From Lama glama (taxonomy: Eukaryota): a stretch of DNA of 64,000 bases. This document shows, in pieces, positions 37,995-49,130 of the stretch. Every line of letters starts with the position of its first letter. Position 1 is the first letter of the stretch. A program made the position numbers and the translations under genes. The DNA is taken from positions 71,488,001 to 71,552,000 of the forward strand of contig CM052817.1 in assembly GCA_028534125.1 (NCBI GenBank), read 5' to 3'. The notes under the pieces are model-generated. The model was not told the origin of the DNA, did no database searches, and was given only the letters and a program-made list of their open reading frames with translations.

Positions 37995-38397
37995 ACTAGG
38001 CTGCAGTGGTGTTTTCCGTTTATCTTTACAGTACATTTTTTTCTATAAAATATCATATTATATTACACTTATACACAGTATAATACAAGTTTCCCAAATC
38101 CTTCATTAGTTCAGTTATTCTTTAATGGCACTCCTGAATCTGTGGATAAGGTCAAAAGTTTCACACTGATTTCATGTTTTGTATTTATAGAGTAAATGCA
38201 AATCAGGTTCAGAAGAACGATATTTAGAGCAGGGTATAAAAAGAATCCATTCCATGGCAGGAAGGGTATAGCTCAGCGGTACAGCACATGCTCAGCATGC
38301 ACGAGGTCCTGGCTTCAATCCCCGGTACCTCCATTAAAAAACAAACAAACAAACATGGAAAACAAACACATAAAAAAAAAAATCCATCCCAAGAAAT
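37995..38397 (+). repeat. Local diverged duplication, copy 2 (interrupted by SINE)
   Basis: Matches 36336-36577 once the SINE at 38256-38374 is removed. Confidence 0.9.
38256..38374 (+). mobile_element. tRNA-Ala-derived SINE (vic-1-like)
   Basis: gaagggtatagctcagcggtacagcacatgctcagcatgcacgaggtcctggcttcaatccccggtacctcc; TSD aaaaagaatccattcca / aaaaaaaatccatccca. Confidence 0.9.
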
Positions 38398-39864
38398 AAA
38401 AAGAGATAAAGAGGGAAGACAAAACCACAGCAGCCTCTTGGGACCAAGAAAGGATTATTTCCCAGCTACCCATTTCCAGTGCCCACTGTGCAAGGTGAGA
38501 AACCCAAATAAATATACAGGATATCCAGGCAGATGGGGTCCTGGCCAGCAGCCCCCTGCTCAAGATGCTGATGTGAAGAATGTCACCAAAGCCATTCCTA
38601 AACTGAGCAGTTTACCACAGTAAAGGCTGCTGGTTTGGTTCTAGAAAAGAAGTGAATCAGTCTATCTACATCTAGGTGACCACAAATCAGGATAAAGATG
38701 AGATAGAAAAAGACAACTATTAGAGGCAGGAAAAAAATTTTGGAATAAAACAGATAGGGTTTTGAATTGTATCTGGACCATTTTTCTGCTATTTTCCTGT
38801 TAAAGTGTCTTTCTCAGACTGATATTTACCTGCCGACATAGAAAAATCTCCACTTAGAAAAGACCTCCATAGAAAAATATGTTATAAGCACCCCAAAATT
38901 GATAACTTTTTCCCTATGGATTTTAGAGAGGTTAATAACTTTCCAACCATATTCTTAGTTGAGTCCTTATTTTTTTCTTTAAAACAAACACATCATAAAG
39001 TGACTGAACAATTGTATTGTGAAAAAGTAAAAATCTGAGTGGAAACTATTTCATTTCTGCATCGTGCTCCATACACTTTCAAAAATAACTGGAAAATCCA
39101 TGTAATCAAGTTCACGCAACATTCTCACTGCTTGAATTGCCAACCTTGATCACAGAGGCTGCAAAAATTAAACTCATAAGATTTGTGTTCTTTGCTTATG
39201 TAGATTGATCTAGATTTTTTTGATGATTCTCTATAAATACCCAAAGATACTGGTAATTTCCATTTTATTGAATGTCACTATATTGTCTGACAAAAGGGAA
39301 TCTCACACAGGACCACTTGTCAATAGCCAATATCTAAAACTGATGATTTCTCAACAATTAAGGAAAGTTAAGCAACTATTTTCAAAAATCCTCCATTTCG
39401 CACTTTAAAAAGCTAAAAATGTGGGAAAAAAATTTTTTAAAGCAGAATACTTAAAACATCTTCCCTGACATGATTTAAATGATTTTGGATACTCTTTCAC
39501 TGGGTGATCCTTTTATTTTGACACTTTAATCTTATTATTGGGTAATAATATATATTGACAATTTAAAAATAAAAACAGAACTTTAAAATGAAACTAAAAT
39601 TCTTAGCCAAATTTCTATACCTCTTAATTGCAGTAAGTTCCACATGACAAGAGAGATTCTGAGGTTTTCTAATACCGTTATTATAGTAATGAGTCACCAT
39701 GAGGCCAGTATTTGGGTGTGAATGATAAGGCAGGTGTTTGGGTATGTCAGGAGATTTATATGTAATTATTTACCAGAAGTTTTTTTTACTAATTAGAGCA
39801 ATATGAGATTTGATATGCTTTCCATTCATAAGAGCCAGCACTCTGGGGCCATACAGAAGTCGAG

Positions 39865-40080
39865 AAGGCAATATATTGTCATCATTAAGAAGAGGGACTT
39901 TGGAATGAGAGATCCTGGACTTAATACCTGCTTCTGCCACTTACTAGTGGTACAATTTTGTGGCAAATTACTTAGCTTCTCAGTTTCCTCATCAGTAAAA
40001 AGGAAATAATGAGCCCCTGGTTGCCTAGGAATATTGTGAAGATTAACTTCATGGATTGTGCTAGATGCATATGATAATCA
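39865..40080 (+). mobile_element. MIR SINE
   Basis: ttaagaagagggactttggaatgagagatcctggac...ctgccacttactag...ctcagtttcctcatcagtaaaaagg. Confidence 0.8.
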
Positions 40081-40744
40081 GCTAATGAATACTAATCTTA
40101 TTAGAGAAGTTGTAGCAGTCAACAATAAGAAGTCATTACCTGAAAATATGAACATCTCTAAAGTCTAAACTGTATAGAAATCCTAGTGGTAAAAAGGAAA
40201 CTTAACCTAATACAGGATAACAGCAAAATGAATAGTCACATGAGATGTATTCAGTTCTAAATAGTGGACTCCTCTTGATTTGGTTCTTGGCACACCCTCA
40301 CCCCCCTAAAACATTTTTACAGCTTAATACTGGTTGGATTACTATAATAAGAAACAGTTTTCCTTAGAGATTCCTGAAAGATCACATCTTACATCATCCC
40401 AGTCCCTATTGTGGATGTTTCTCTTTGCTGATCTTTAACTGAAGACACCATCAAAGAGGAAGCTGCTGAGCAAAAAATTCACCTGTCACAACGGATGCTC
40501 ATCAGTTATTTCCCGGACATTATTTTACAGCTGCAATTGTCACATTATTACAGTTATAAAATCTTTATCTGCCTAAACCTCAGCTCTCTACCACCCAGTT
40601 CTGGATCACGCATGTCTAGAAAACAGCAGAATTCTCTCAAGCACAGAAAGACCACTTAGTCAGTGAAAACACAGATAGCACCATGTTTGGCCTTTTTGCC
40701 AGGGAGTGCCAGCTTCTTAAGTTTGAATATATTTGAACAAATGA

Positions 40745-40870
40745 AACAACTGGAGATCATGTCAAAATGCAGATTTTGATTCAGTTGGTCTTAGGTGGGA
40801 CCTGAGATGCTGCATTTCTAGCAGGCTCCCCTGTGACGCTGCCAGTCCACACATACATCAGACTCTAAGT
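40745..40870. mobile_element. MER5A-like hAT fossil
   Basis: aaaatgcagattttgattcagttggtcttaggtgggacctgagatgctgcatttctagcaggctccc. Confidence 0.75.
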
Positions 40871-40898
40871 AGTGAGGATTTCGGCAACTAGGTCACTA

Positions 40899-40900
<2 letters not shown>

Positions 40901-40939
<39 letters not shown>

Positions 40940-40946
40940 CGTGTGT
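40901..40946. repeat. (GT)n(GC)n compound microsatellite
   Basis: 46 bp of uninterrupted purine-pyrimidine alternation. Confidence 0.95.
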
Positions 40947-42489
40947 TGGGTGGCTAAAAATATTTCAGACATTTTTAGATGAAGAAGGAGGAGGCACTTA
41001 CTGCACTGTCCTAGAAACCTTATTTCAAAATGAGCATTTGGTTCTTCCAAATTTTGCTTTTTCAAACTGGCAAAGACAATTTTTTGTCTCTCAAAATGAG
41101 GATGTCAAACCTACGCGACCTCCTCCCTGAATAAAGACCTTAGCCTTTTAGGCAGCAGGAAGGACACAGCAGCTGACCAACTACTTCTCTGACATACTCT
41201 TTGTCACCTTCATATGTCATGATCAGTCTGTGTTAGCTTGTAAGGGCACTGACGTCTATGCAGAAAATTACAAACAGAATGCATGTACACTGGAAAATTT
41301 CCTGGAGTTATAGATAAGACTTTTCCAATTTAATAATAATAATAGCTATAATTACAGTAAATTTGTGGAAACAATACCATTTTGAAGAAAATAAGTGGCC
41401 TTTTGAAACCTTATGTAAGAACTTACTTAATTGCTCATACAACATATCTATCTTTGAAACAGAATGACAGCATTTACCACTTAGCTATCTCTCTTGAGAG
41501 AAACTGGGATAATTTAATACATGATTATTAGACAGTGGGCCAAAACTTAATTGATAGTGGAACAAGATGAGAAATATCCTCTGTAAGCATGCCAATTCTT
41601 AAAGAACTCATTTGTTGATCTAAAATCCACAAGAGTGGTTGGGTGGATGGTGCCATGGAAAGAAAATAAAGTGTAAGAAATGCTCCTTTAAGATTCATAA
41701 AATGTTGACAAATTTTATTCTCCGTGTAAATCTCATTCTTAAAAAAGAAAGTTTTCTTTCTGATGTTTTGAAAATTAAACCTTTAAATCTTATGCTCCCA
41801 AGTGAAAAAGGAATTGGAAAGCATTATAACCTTAAACATTTTCAGAATGGTTTTACAGATGTAAACAAAACTAGCAGATCTTTGCTTAAAATGGGATCCC
41901 CTGCACTTTCCAGTGCCATTCCTGAAACAACTCTAGAGATGGAATAAGGGGCTGTTTCTTACTTTGTAGTTTCTTAACGCAAAGTAAGCAGCTTTACAGG
42001 GCTTCGCTGTCTCCGCTGACCTAACAGCATTCTTTATCTCATTTGCAGTGAAACAGAAATAGTTTTTTCTCCAACCACGATTTTACACTAAGGCCCAGAC
42101 TTTATGAAAAACACCAATTCCTCTTCTATTTAGAAAAGTTAAGGGATGTAAAGAGCTTCAGTGTTGTGTCATCAATGGAAATTTTTAATGTGAAGTTTAA
42201 CCTCTGACTTGCCTCTCTCCAGTTATTTTTTTAGTCTATCTCTTCCACAGACCCAAACTGTCTAAATTTCTTATCAGCTGCCAACTTCTGTCCTGTGCCG
42301 TCACGGCTGGGTGGAAGAGGTGGCCTGTGCTGCACAGAAATGCAAAGGAAGCAACAATGTAATGACCAAGATAGGGGCCTTCATGCCATGCCGTCTCTAA
42401 CAATGAAGCTCCATCTCTTACTTGTAATTACCTTGGAGGAGAAATGCTATTCTGGCTGCTGGGAGGCCAAAAATGTGGTAGAAGTAGAA

Positions 42490-42665
42490 AAGACAAGGGC
42501 TTTGCGGTGGGGAGAGATCTGACTCAGAATCCTACCCTTTTGACAGTTATGAATCTGGTGACTGAGCCCCAGGTTCTCACCTGTCAAATGGACAGAATAT
42601 CTTCATGGCAGCATTATTTCGAGAATTAAATGAGTAATACATTTAAAGCACATGATGGGCACTTA
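42490..42665 (+). mobile_element. MIR SINE
   Basis: ctgagccccaggttctcacctgtcaaatggacagaat...gagaattaaatgagtaatacatttaaagcac. Confidence 0.7.
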
Positions 42666-45600
42666 ATATCCTTTATTAACCCCAATAAATTTCTAGCAAA
42701 TTTGGGTCACAACTGGTAATATATTTTTAAAAGTCCATGAAAATAGAATTTTAAAGTCTATATTGACTGTTGCGTGTATACACTCACCTAGACAAAAACT
42801 TTTACTTCTTCAAAGTTTTCAGATGATAAATTATTTTCATTGCTTGCTTAAAATTAAACCATGATCCGAATGTATTTTTTAATGACTTCGTGGTGTTAGA
42901 AACCCTCTTATATTTAGTCACACATATTTATTCGTGTGCTAATAGTATTGACATATCATTAAAAATGTATTTAAAAATGCAGGCACAAAGAATGATTTGC
43001 CCTGAGACCTTAGTGTTTAGAAACGTTTCTTACCTATAGCCAAAAAAAAAAAAAAAAAAAAAAAAAGCTTTTAATAGTCAGGAGGGAAAAAAAACAAAAA
43101 CAAAAAATGATGGCTATAAAATCTACTGAAAATATTTATGTGCATTTTATTATAAACTGGATAATAGTTTACAAAATCAAAGTTTAAAAATCTGTACAAG
43201 TATCAGGATTTGACTATGCTCTAGATGCTTGTTGGAATATACATGATTTTTATTCTAATACAATTTCATTCTTTCCAGATAGAGAGATCCATGTTGTCCT
43301 GGTCATATATTCATATGTAGACCCAGAGGTAGCTCAAAAAGCCATGGCAGAATGGCTACATTTTCCAGGTATATTTTAAATAATCAGAATCACTTGGGCA
43401 GATAAACAGACCCGAGGCTCTTTTATCTTTCTAAACCACAGGTTCTCATTACCTCATCTCCAGGGGAGTTTGTAAACCTCCTAATCCCCACTTCCAGAGA
43501 TGTTAAGGTGATTTTGCATTGGTGACAGTAAAAGCCTCCCAGGTGATTCTAATGTGGGAAATGCAAGTCAAATTAAGAACCAACTATCCTAAATAATGAG
43601 AATGGCTACAATGCAGTGCAGGAATGGTAAAGCACAAAAGCATTAAAAAAAAGAAAGAAAGAAAGACACTGAATACACGTTCTCTTAAGAATAGTGCCTT
43701 AGTGGGCATACCTCCAAACGTGTATGCTGTCTTTTCTTTAAATACTTATTCCACAAGAAACAACAACCAAAAAAGGACAGAACACTAAGGAGACAAAAGA
43801 AAACCAGAGCCTACTGAAAAAGGAAGATTCTATCGGAGACACTTTGAAAGTGCAAGAGACAAATAGTTGTTAACACAGTGGGTACAATCTAAATATTCAG
43901 GAAGTTAAAATGCTGTTAGAGTGGGAGGTGTGTCAGGAAAGAGGATTAGGTGACAAGTGACCTGGAAGTACGATGTGATGCTCCCCGCAGGAGAGAACCA
44001 TGCAGAGGGTGTAGCGAAAGTGAGGGCGTTTCAAAGACGCTTCCATGCCTGACTGTGCTCAGTCTAAAATCTTACTACTGTTCATGAACAGGAAGAAAAG
44101 GGCTCCCTTTGTGATGAAACACATGCTTTCTTTTCAGGAGGGAAAGGACAGGAGGATTGAATTAGTTCCTCTAAGCAGTTAGTTTTGTAACTTCCTTGGT
44201 TAATCAAATAAACATTTGATTAATAAATATCTGTCTTGGAGGAAAATGTAGCACAAAACTAAAAACAGCATCCACACCGAAAGCATAAAATTATTCCTCA
44301 AAAAAACGTTCCTATGGTTGCCCATGGCCGGATATTTATGGCTATCAGAAGCCACGGCAAAACTGGTTGCCCCTTCCCTCACTCATTTAATAAATTTGTA
44401 ACAACCTGTGCAAAGGGGTTTATCCTCTTTTGGACCCGTTTTTTGCAAAGATTTGGAGAGGGGGACGGTCCAAGAGTAAAAGGCCTGGTCTCCTTGGTTT
44501 CCTTGTAGCAAGACCAAAGCCCAGGAGGAGTTAGATGTTCATGAGGGAAAGGCTCAAACATTTTATTCACCCCTACTGTCAAATAACCACTAACCTCACT
44601 TGTTCCCTCCACAGGTTACTGCTGACTGAAGCATAATAGGAAAATCATTTGGAAAATGCAACGTAAAGCAAAAAGAGCCAGATGCCAAATAATATTACAC
44701 AGTATTGGTGGGGGTGACCGAACGAATAATCTGCAAAATATTTCATAAAGCTATTTTAACTTTAGAAAGAAAACCAACAGCAATTCAGTAAACATTTACT
44801 GAGTACCTCAAGGAATTACCTATCTGTATGGAGGATATAAAAATGCCCTCACTGGGGTTATACATGTTGAATTAGCCTAAATGACACTTTGTTTCATTAT
44901 GTTAAGTACAGTTTTTTTAAAGGAGAAGTAGGAAATATGTACCCATGAAGCGAAGAATGAACTAGAGACCAGTGCTTAATATTTTGACATCTAACCACAA
45001 ATCCTTTTCTAGGAACAGTAAGGATTAAACAAATACATTTAAATAGTGATTAGATACTCAGTTACTTTGTATATGAACACAAAGATAATCCAGAGTTGAT
45101 GGATGTAGTACCACTGAAAACTAAGTTTACCAAGTTAGTTAATTATGCTTTCATACATAGTTTAAGAAAATCATTACACTATTTTTTTGTACTTTCTTAT
45201 AAGCTGGTGCATTTATTAACATATATTACTTAAAAATCTAATCATAGTATACCTTCCTGCTTTACTCGATGTTATATAAGGGTGCATCTCTCCATGTCAG
45301 CACATATTCATCTGTCTCCACAGAAACAGATGTAGGGCTACCTAATGACCTCTGTACAGATGGACCATAATTCAAGTAACCTCATTTTGAATATCACAAA
45401 AATTTTAAACCAAAGATGATGTAATTTATTTCAAGCCACCTATGGGATCAACCTACACATTTTGTCCCATCATAACCTATTTACTGAGATAAAAACTCAG
45501 CTCTGATAGAACACTTCCACTCTTATTAACATCTTTCTGTAACCCTGGAGCGCTCCTTGTCAAGAACCAGGGCAAAATATAACAACCATTCTGCAGTTAG

Positions 45601-46049
45601 TGACCAAGAAGTTGGATAATACACTAAGTTAAACAAATAGCCATGACTCACAAAACCTTAGCTTCAGCACTAATACTAAACTTACTTATGTTGTTGCTTT
45701 ATTTTATCTATTCTAATCACTTCCAGACTTACTTTGTTATTTGCAGTTTTTTTCTTTCCTTTATCTCTAAAATGGAGGCAATCATGTACCCAACAGAATT
45801 ATGGTAGTGCTGCAATACTGGATGCCTTATTAAATTTTTCCTTTATTCACTTAGTCAACAGACTTGTATGGAGTGCCTACCATGTGCCAAGATACCAGAG
45901 CATCTGGGGGCATCTTTTATCAGTTTTGCCAGGCTCCCTATAACACCCAGGGGAACGAGACAGACAAAATCTTTTACTGTCATGGGATTTGTAATATAGG
46001 GGGACTGCTAGTCAGTAATATATATGAGGGCAATAGAAACATTTGATGA

Positions 46050-47200
46050 CTAAAGTTATTTTGCTTAATCATATGAAGAAAAATATATGTTTTCAATTTA
46101 AATTAGTGACATTTAGATTTTTACTATAAAAACAAGAAATGCGCGTGGTAAAAAAAAAAAGTCAAATAATATAGGAAGAGTGGAAAACTCAAGCCAGGTC
46201 TCCTTCCCTTTCCCACTGACTCTCAATTCCACTCGTCAGATTTTATGCATATTTCTGTGTATTAGTATAGGCATATATATATATATTTAATCATATTTTA
46301 AATACTATTGTATGCCTTGATGTTTTTTACTCACAGTGAGTGCCTTTGAGATTTTTTTCACATCAGCAAGAGACTCTACCTCAATCTTTTTAATAGCTTA
46401 TAGAGAATGCAACGTTACCTTCAAAAATGACTCCAAAAAGTACAGGAATCTCCACCCTTCTCCCAACATACCCACACTCCCTAGCATTGAGATTATACAA
46501 AGCTTTCATTCTCTCACGATCTAAAAGATGGACACAGTATCTTACTGCTATTTTCTACAATTTCTGCAGTTATGAGTACACTTAAGCATGTTTTCATGTC
46601 TCCTCAAAGAAATGGCTAAGAAACATTTCCTCTGCTGTGAACTTTCTACTTATGCTCTTTATCTATCTTACCACTGAGCTATTTATCTTTCTTACTGATG
46701 TGTAGGACTTCTTTTACTGTGAGAGAAATTGGCACCCAAAGCAAACACTTAAAGAAAATTTAAGTCCTTTTCTTAAACAATACAATAAGTGTTTATCACC
46801 TGTTCCACTATTAGACACAACCCCCCCCACACACACACACACGCGCCCACTCGATTTTTCTTAAACAATGTATCTTGTGGATCTTCCCATCACAGCACTT
46901 GGAGCTTGACCTCATTGTTTTTGCAGTAGCGTTTCACTTTATATTACACCAGTTCTCTACTGGAAAGCGTTCAGATTGTCTTTAATTATTTGCTATTACA
47001 AACAATGTTCCAAAGACATGCTTGCACATGTATCTTTCTGTACATATACATAAAGGGGGGAAGTCATGGGCAAAATGTACGTACAGTTTAAAAATCTTGA
47101 CAGTTATTGCAAGGTTGTAGCTACTGCTAGTCCCCCAACAGTACACATGACTGCCATCTCTTCTGTTCCCTCAAGACACTGATACTGACCAAATTTTAAA
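46050..47200 (-). mobile_element. Old L1 (L1M-type) fragments
   Basis: Antisense L1-like phrases: ttttgctattacaaacaatg...cttgcacatgtatcttt, gagtacacttaagcatgttttcatgt, ttcctctgctgtgaact. Confidence 0.55.
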
Positions 47201-47595
47201 ATCTAGCTCCTTCTCGACTCTTTACCTGGAGTTTTCTCCTTTTTCTAATCCCCCCTCTCATTCTGTTCCTGCCACCCTGGCTCCTTGTCAGATACGCTAT
47301 TTTACAGCCATATAGGGCCTCATCTCCAGCCCTTTCCTCAGTCTGCTACTTCAAAAGCTGCATAGCTCACCCTGACTATCTTAGAGTCTTTCCTCAAATG
47401 TTGTCTTTCCCAGCATCCCTGCAAAACCAGACCTTCCAACTCCGTCCTGGCCTTCCTGCTTTGCTTTTTGCCACAGCATATATCACCATCAGACATGCTA
47501 TATATATAAACCATAAATACATACCATATGGTTAACTTATTTCTTTAAGATCTATCCCTTGCTACTAAAATATAAACTTCATGAAGGCAGGGATT
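47200..47595 (+). mobile_element. L2 3' end fragment
   Basis: ctgttcctgccaccctggctccttg...ctactaaaatataaacttcatgaaggcaggga. Confidence 0.65.
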
Positions 47596-48439
47596 AAAAA
47601 TGGTATCTTATTAAATAATTTGCACAGCTGTGCCATTTTACTAGCTTTTATGCATACCAACATCATGGTAAAAGAGCTTCAGATATTTTAAATTTATTCA
47701 AATTATCTACTGGAGGCTGTTGTAACAAAAATAATCATGCATATTGTGCACATGTTGCAACAATGTGTGCAGATTTTTGAAACATGTTATTTTCAGTAGA
47801 AAGTGTAACTAGAATGGGAAATAAACTGCTTCACAGGAAACACTAAGTACAGTCATGCACCAAATAAAAAGGTTAGGAAATAGGCAAACAGAGAGGGAAG
47901 GAATGTGAGTATCTCACACACTGACTCCTTTGAGGTTTTAACTTACTTTCCTACTGAGGAGATTCTTATTGGAAAACTTAGTAAGCTGGTTGCTCCGACA
48001 GGAGACTAGTATTAAAGTATATAATTCAAGTCATTATCCAGTACAGCCAGCAAAGGATGCTGCTATGTGAGAGAATGCCATCCTGGCTTGTAATAGTGAT
48101 AGGAAGGAGAATGTACACCAACATGGAAGCAATTGGACAATATCTATCAGCATTTCCAGTGCAGTTTGATCCATGTATACCCTAGATATACAGTATTGCT
48201 GATAATAAAGGATTGGCAACAACACAAATGCTCAAGCACTGGAATGATACCCAACCTCAACAGCAGTATACAATGTAGAAGCTCTTTTTTTTTTTTAACT
48301 AAAATAAAACAACAATGAACATTTAACCACTGGGATTAATTGCAATGATATAGAAACACAAGGGAAGAACCTAGATTTACATACCACATTAATAATATAT
48401 TTTAAAATACCCAAAGCATAATGCATTGTATAACAAAGT

Positions 48440-48640
48440 CTACCCTTCACGGAACTTCTAGTACTTGCCAGGCACTTGAGAGACATTAATTGGACCCTCA
48501 CAACTCTGAAAGGCAGTCACTGTGATACTCATTCAAGACAGGATCCTGAGTCTTCAAGGGGTGAATAATTTACTTAAGGTTATGCAGGTAAAGTGGAAGA
48601 GCTAGGATTTGAACTAAATGTTACAGGTCCAAGGCTAAGA
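48440..48640 (-). mobile_element. MIR SINE
   Basis: gccaggcacttgag...cctcacaactctgaaaggcag...aatttacttaaggttatgcagg...gctaggatttgaact. Confidence 0.7.
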
Positions 48641-48819
48641 AAAAACAAGCTCCCTGTGAGTGCAAATGAACCAAATCATTTAGATAAAAATAATACAGAA
48701 TCACACTGAGAATATAATGAACTCCCTACTATCAGCTAGAGCTCAAATGTTCAATCAGTATCTTCAAAAACAAAAGAGAAAGCAGAAGACTGTTTTGGTG
48801 CAAAGTCATAGTTCATCTG

Positions 48820-49130
48820 ATGAGGGCTTTCTGTTTGTCGTGTCCTGTCGGGGACCCTCTCCTCCCAGATGCTCCCAGAGCTAGCCTGCTCTGCTCATTT
48901 GGTTCATCTCAGATGATTCCTTCATAAAGTACTTCCCTCACCCTCTAACTAAAACGGCTCCCTCTGGCCCCACTTATCAACATCCATCATTATTTATGTA
49001 TTTGCTTACATGTTTAATGCCTCTCTGTCCCAGCGGCATGTATAGTCATGAAAGCAGGGGTCTTGCCCTGAAACAGTGTTTGACGGACACCAAGCCCTTC
49101 ATGAACATTCATTGATTTGAGTAAATGAAA
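48820..49130 (+). mobile_element. L2 3' end
   Basis: ctttctgtttgtcgtgtcctg...catgaaagcaggggtcttg...tgaacattcattgatttgagtaaatgaa. Confidence 0.65.
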
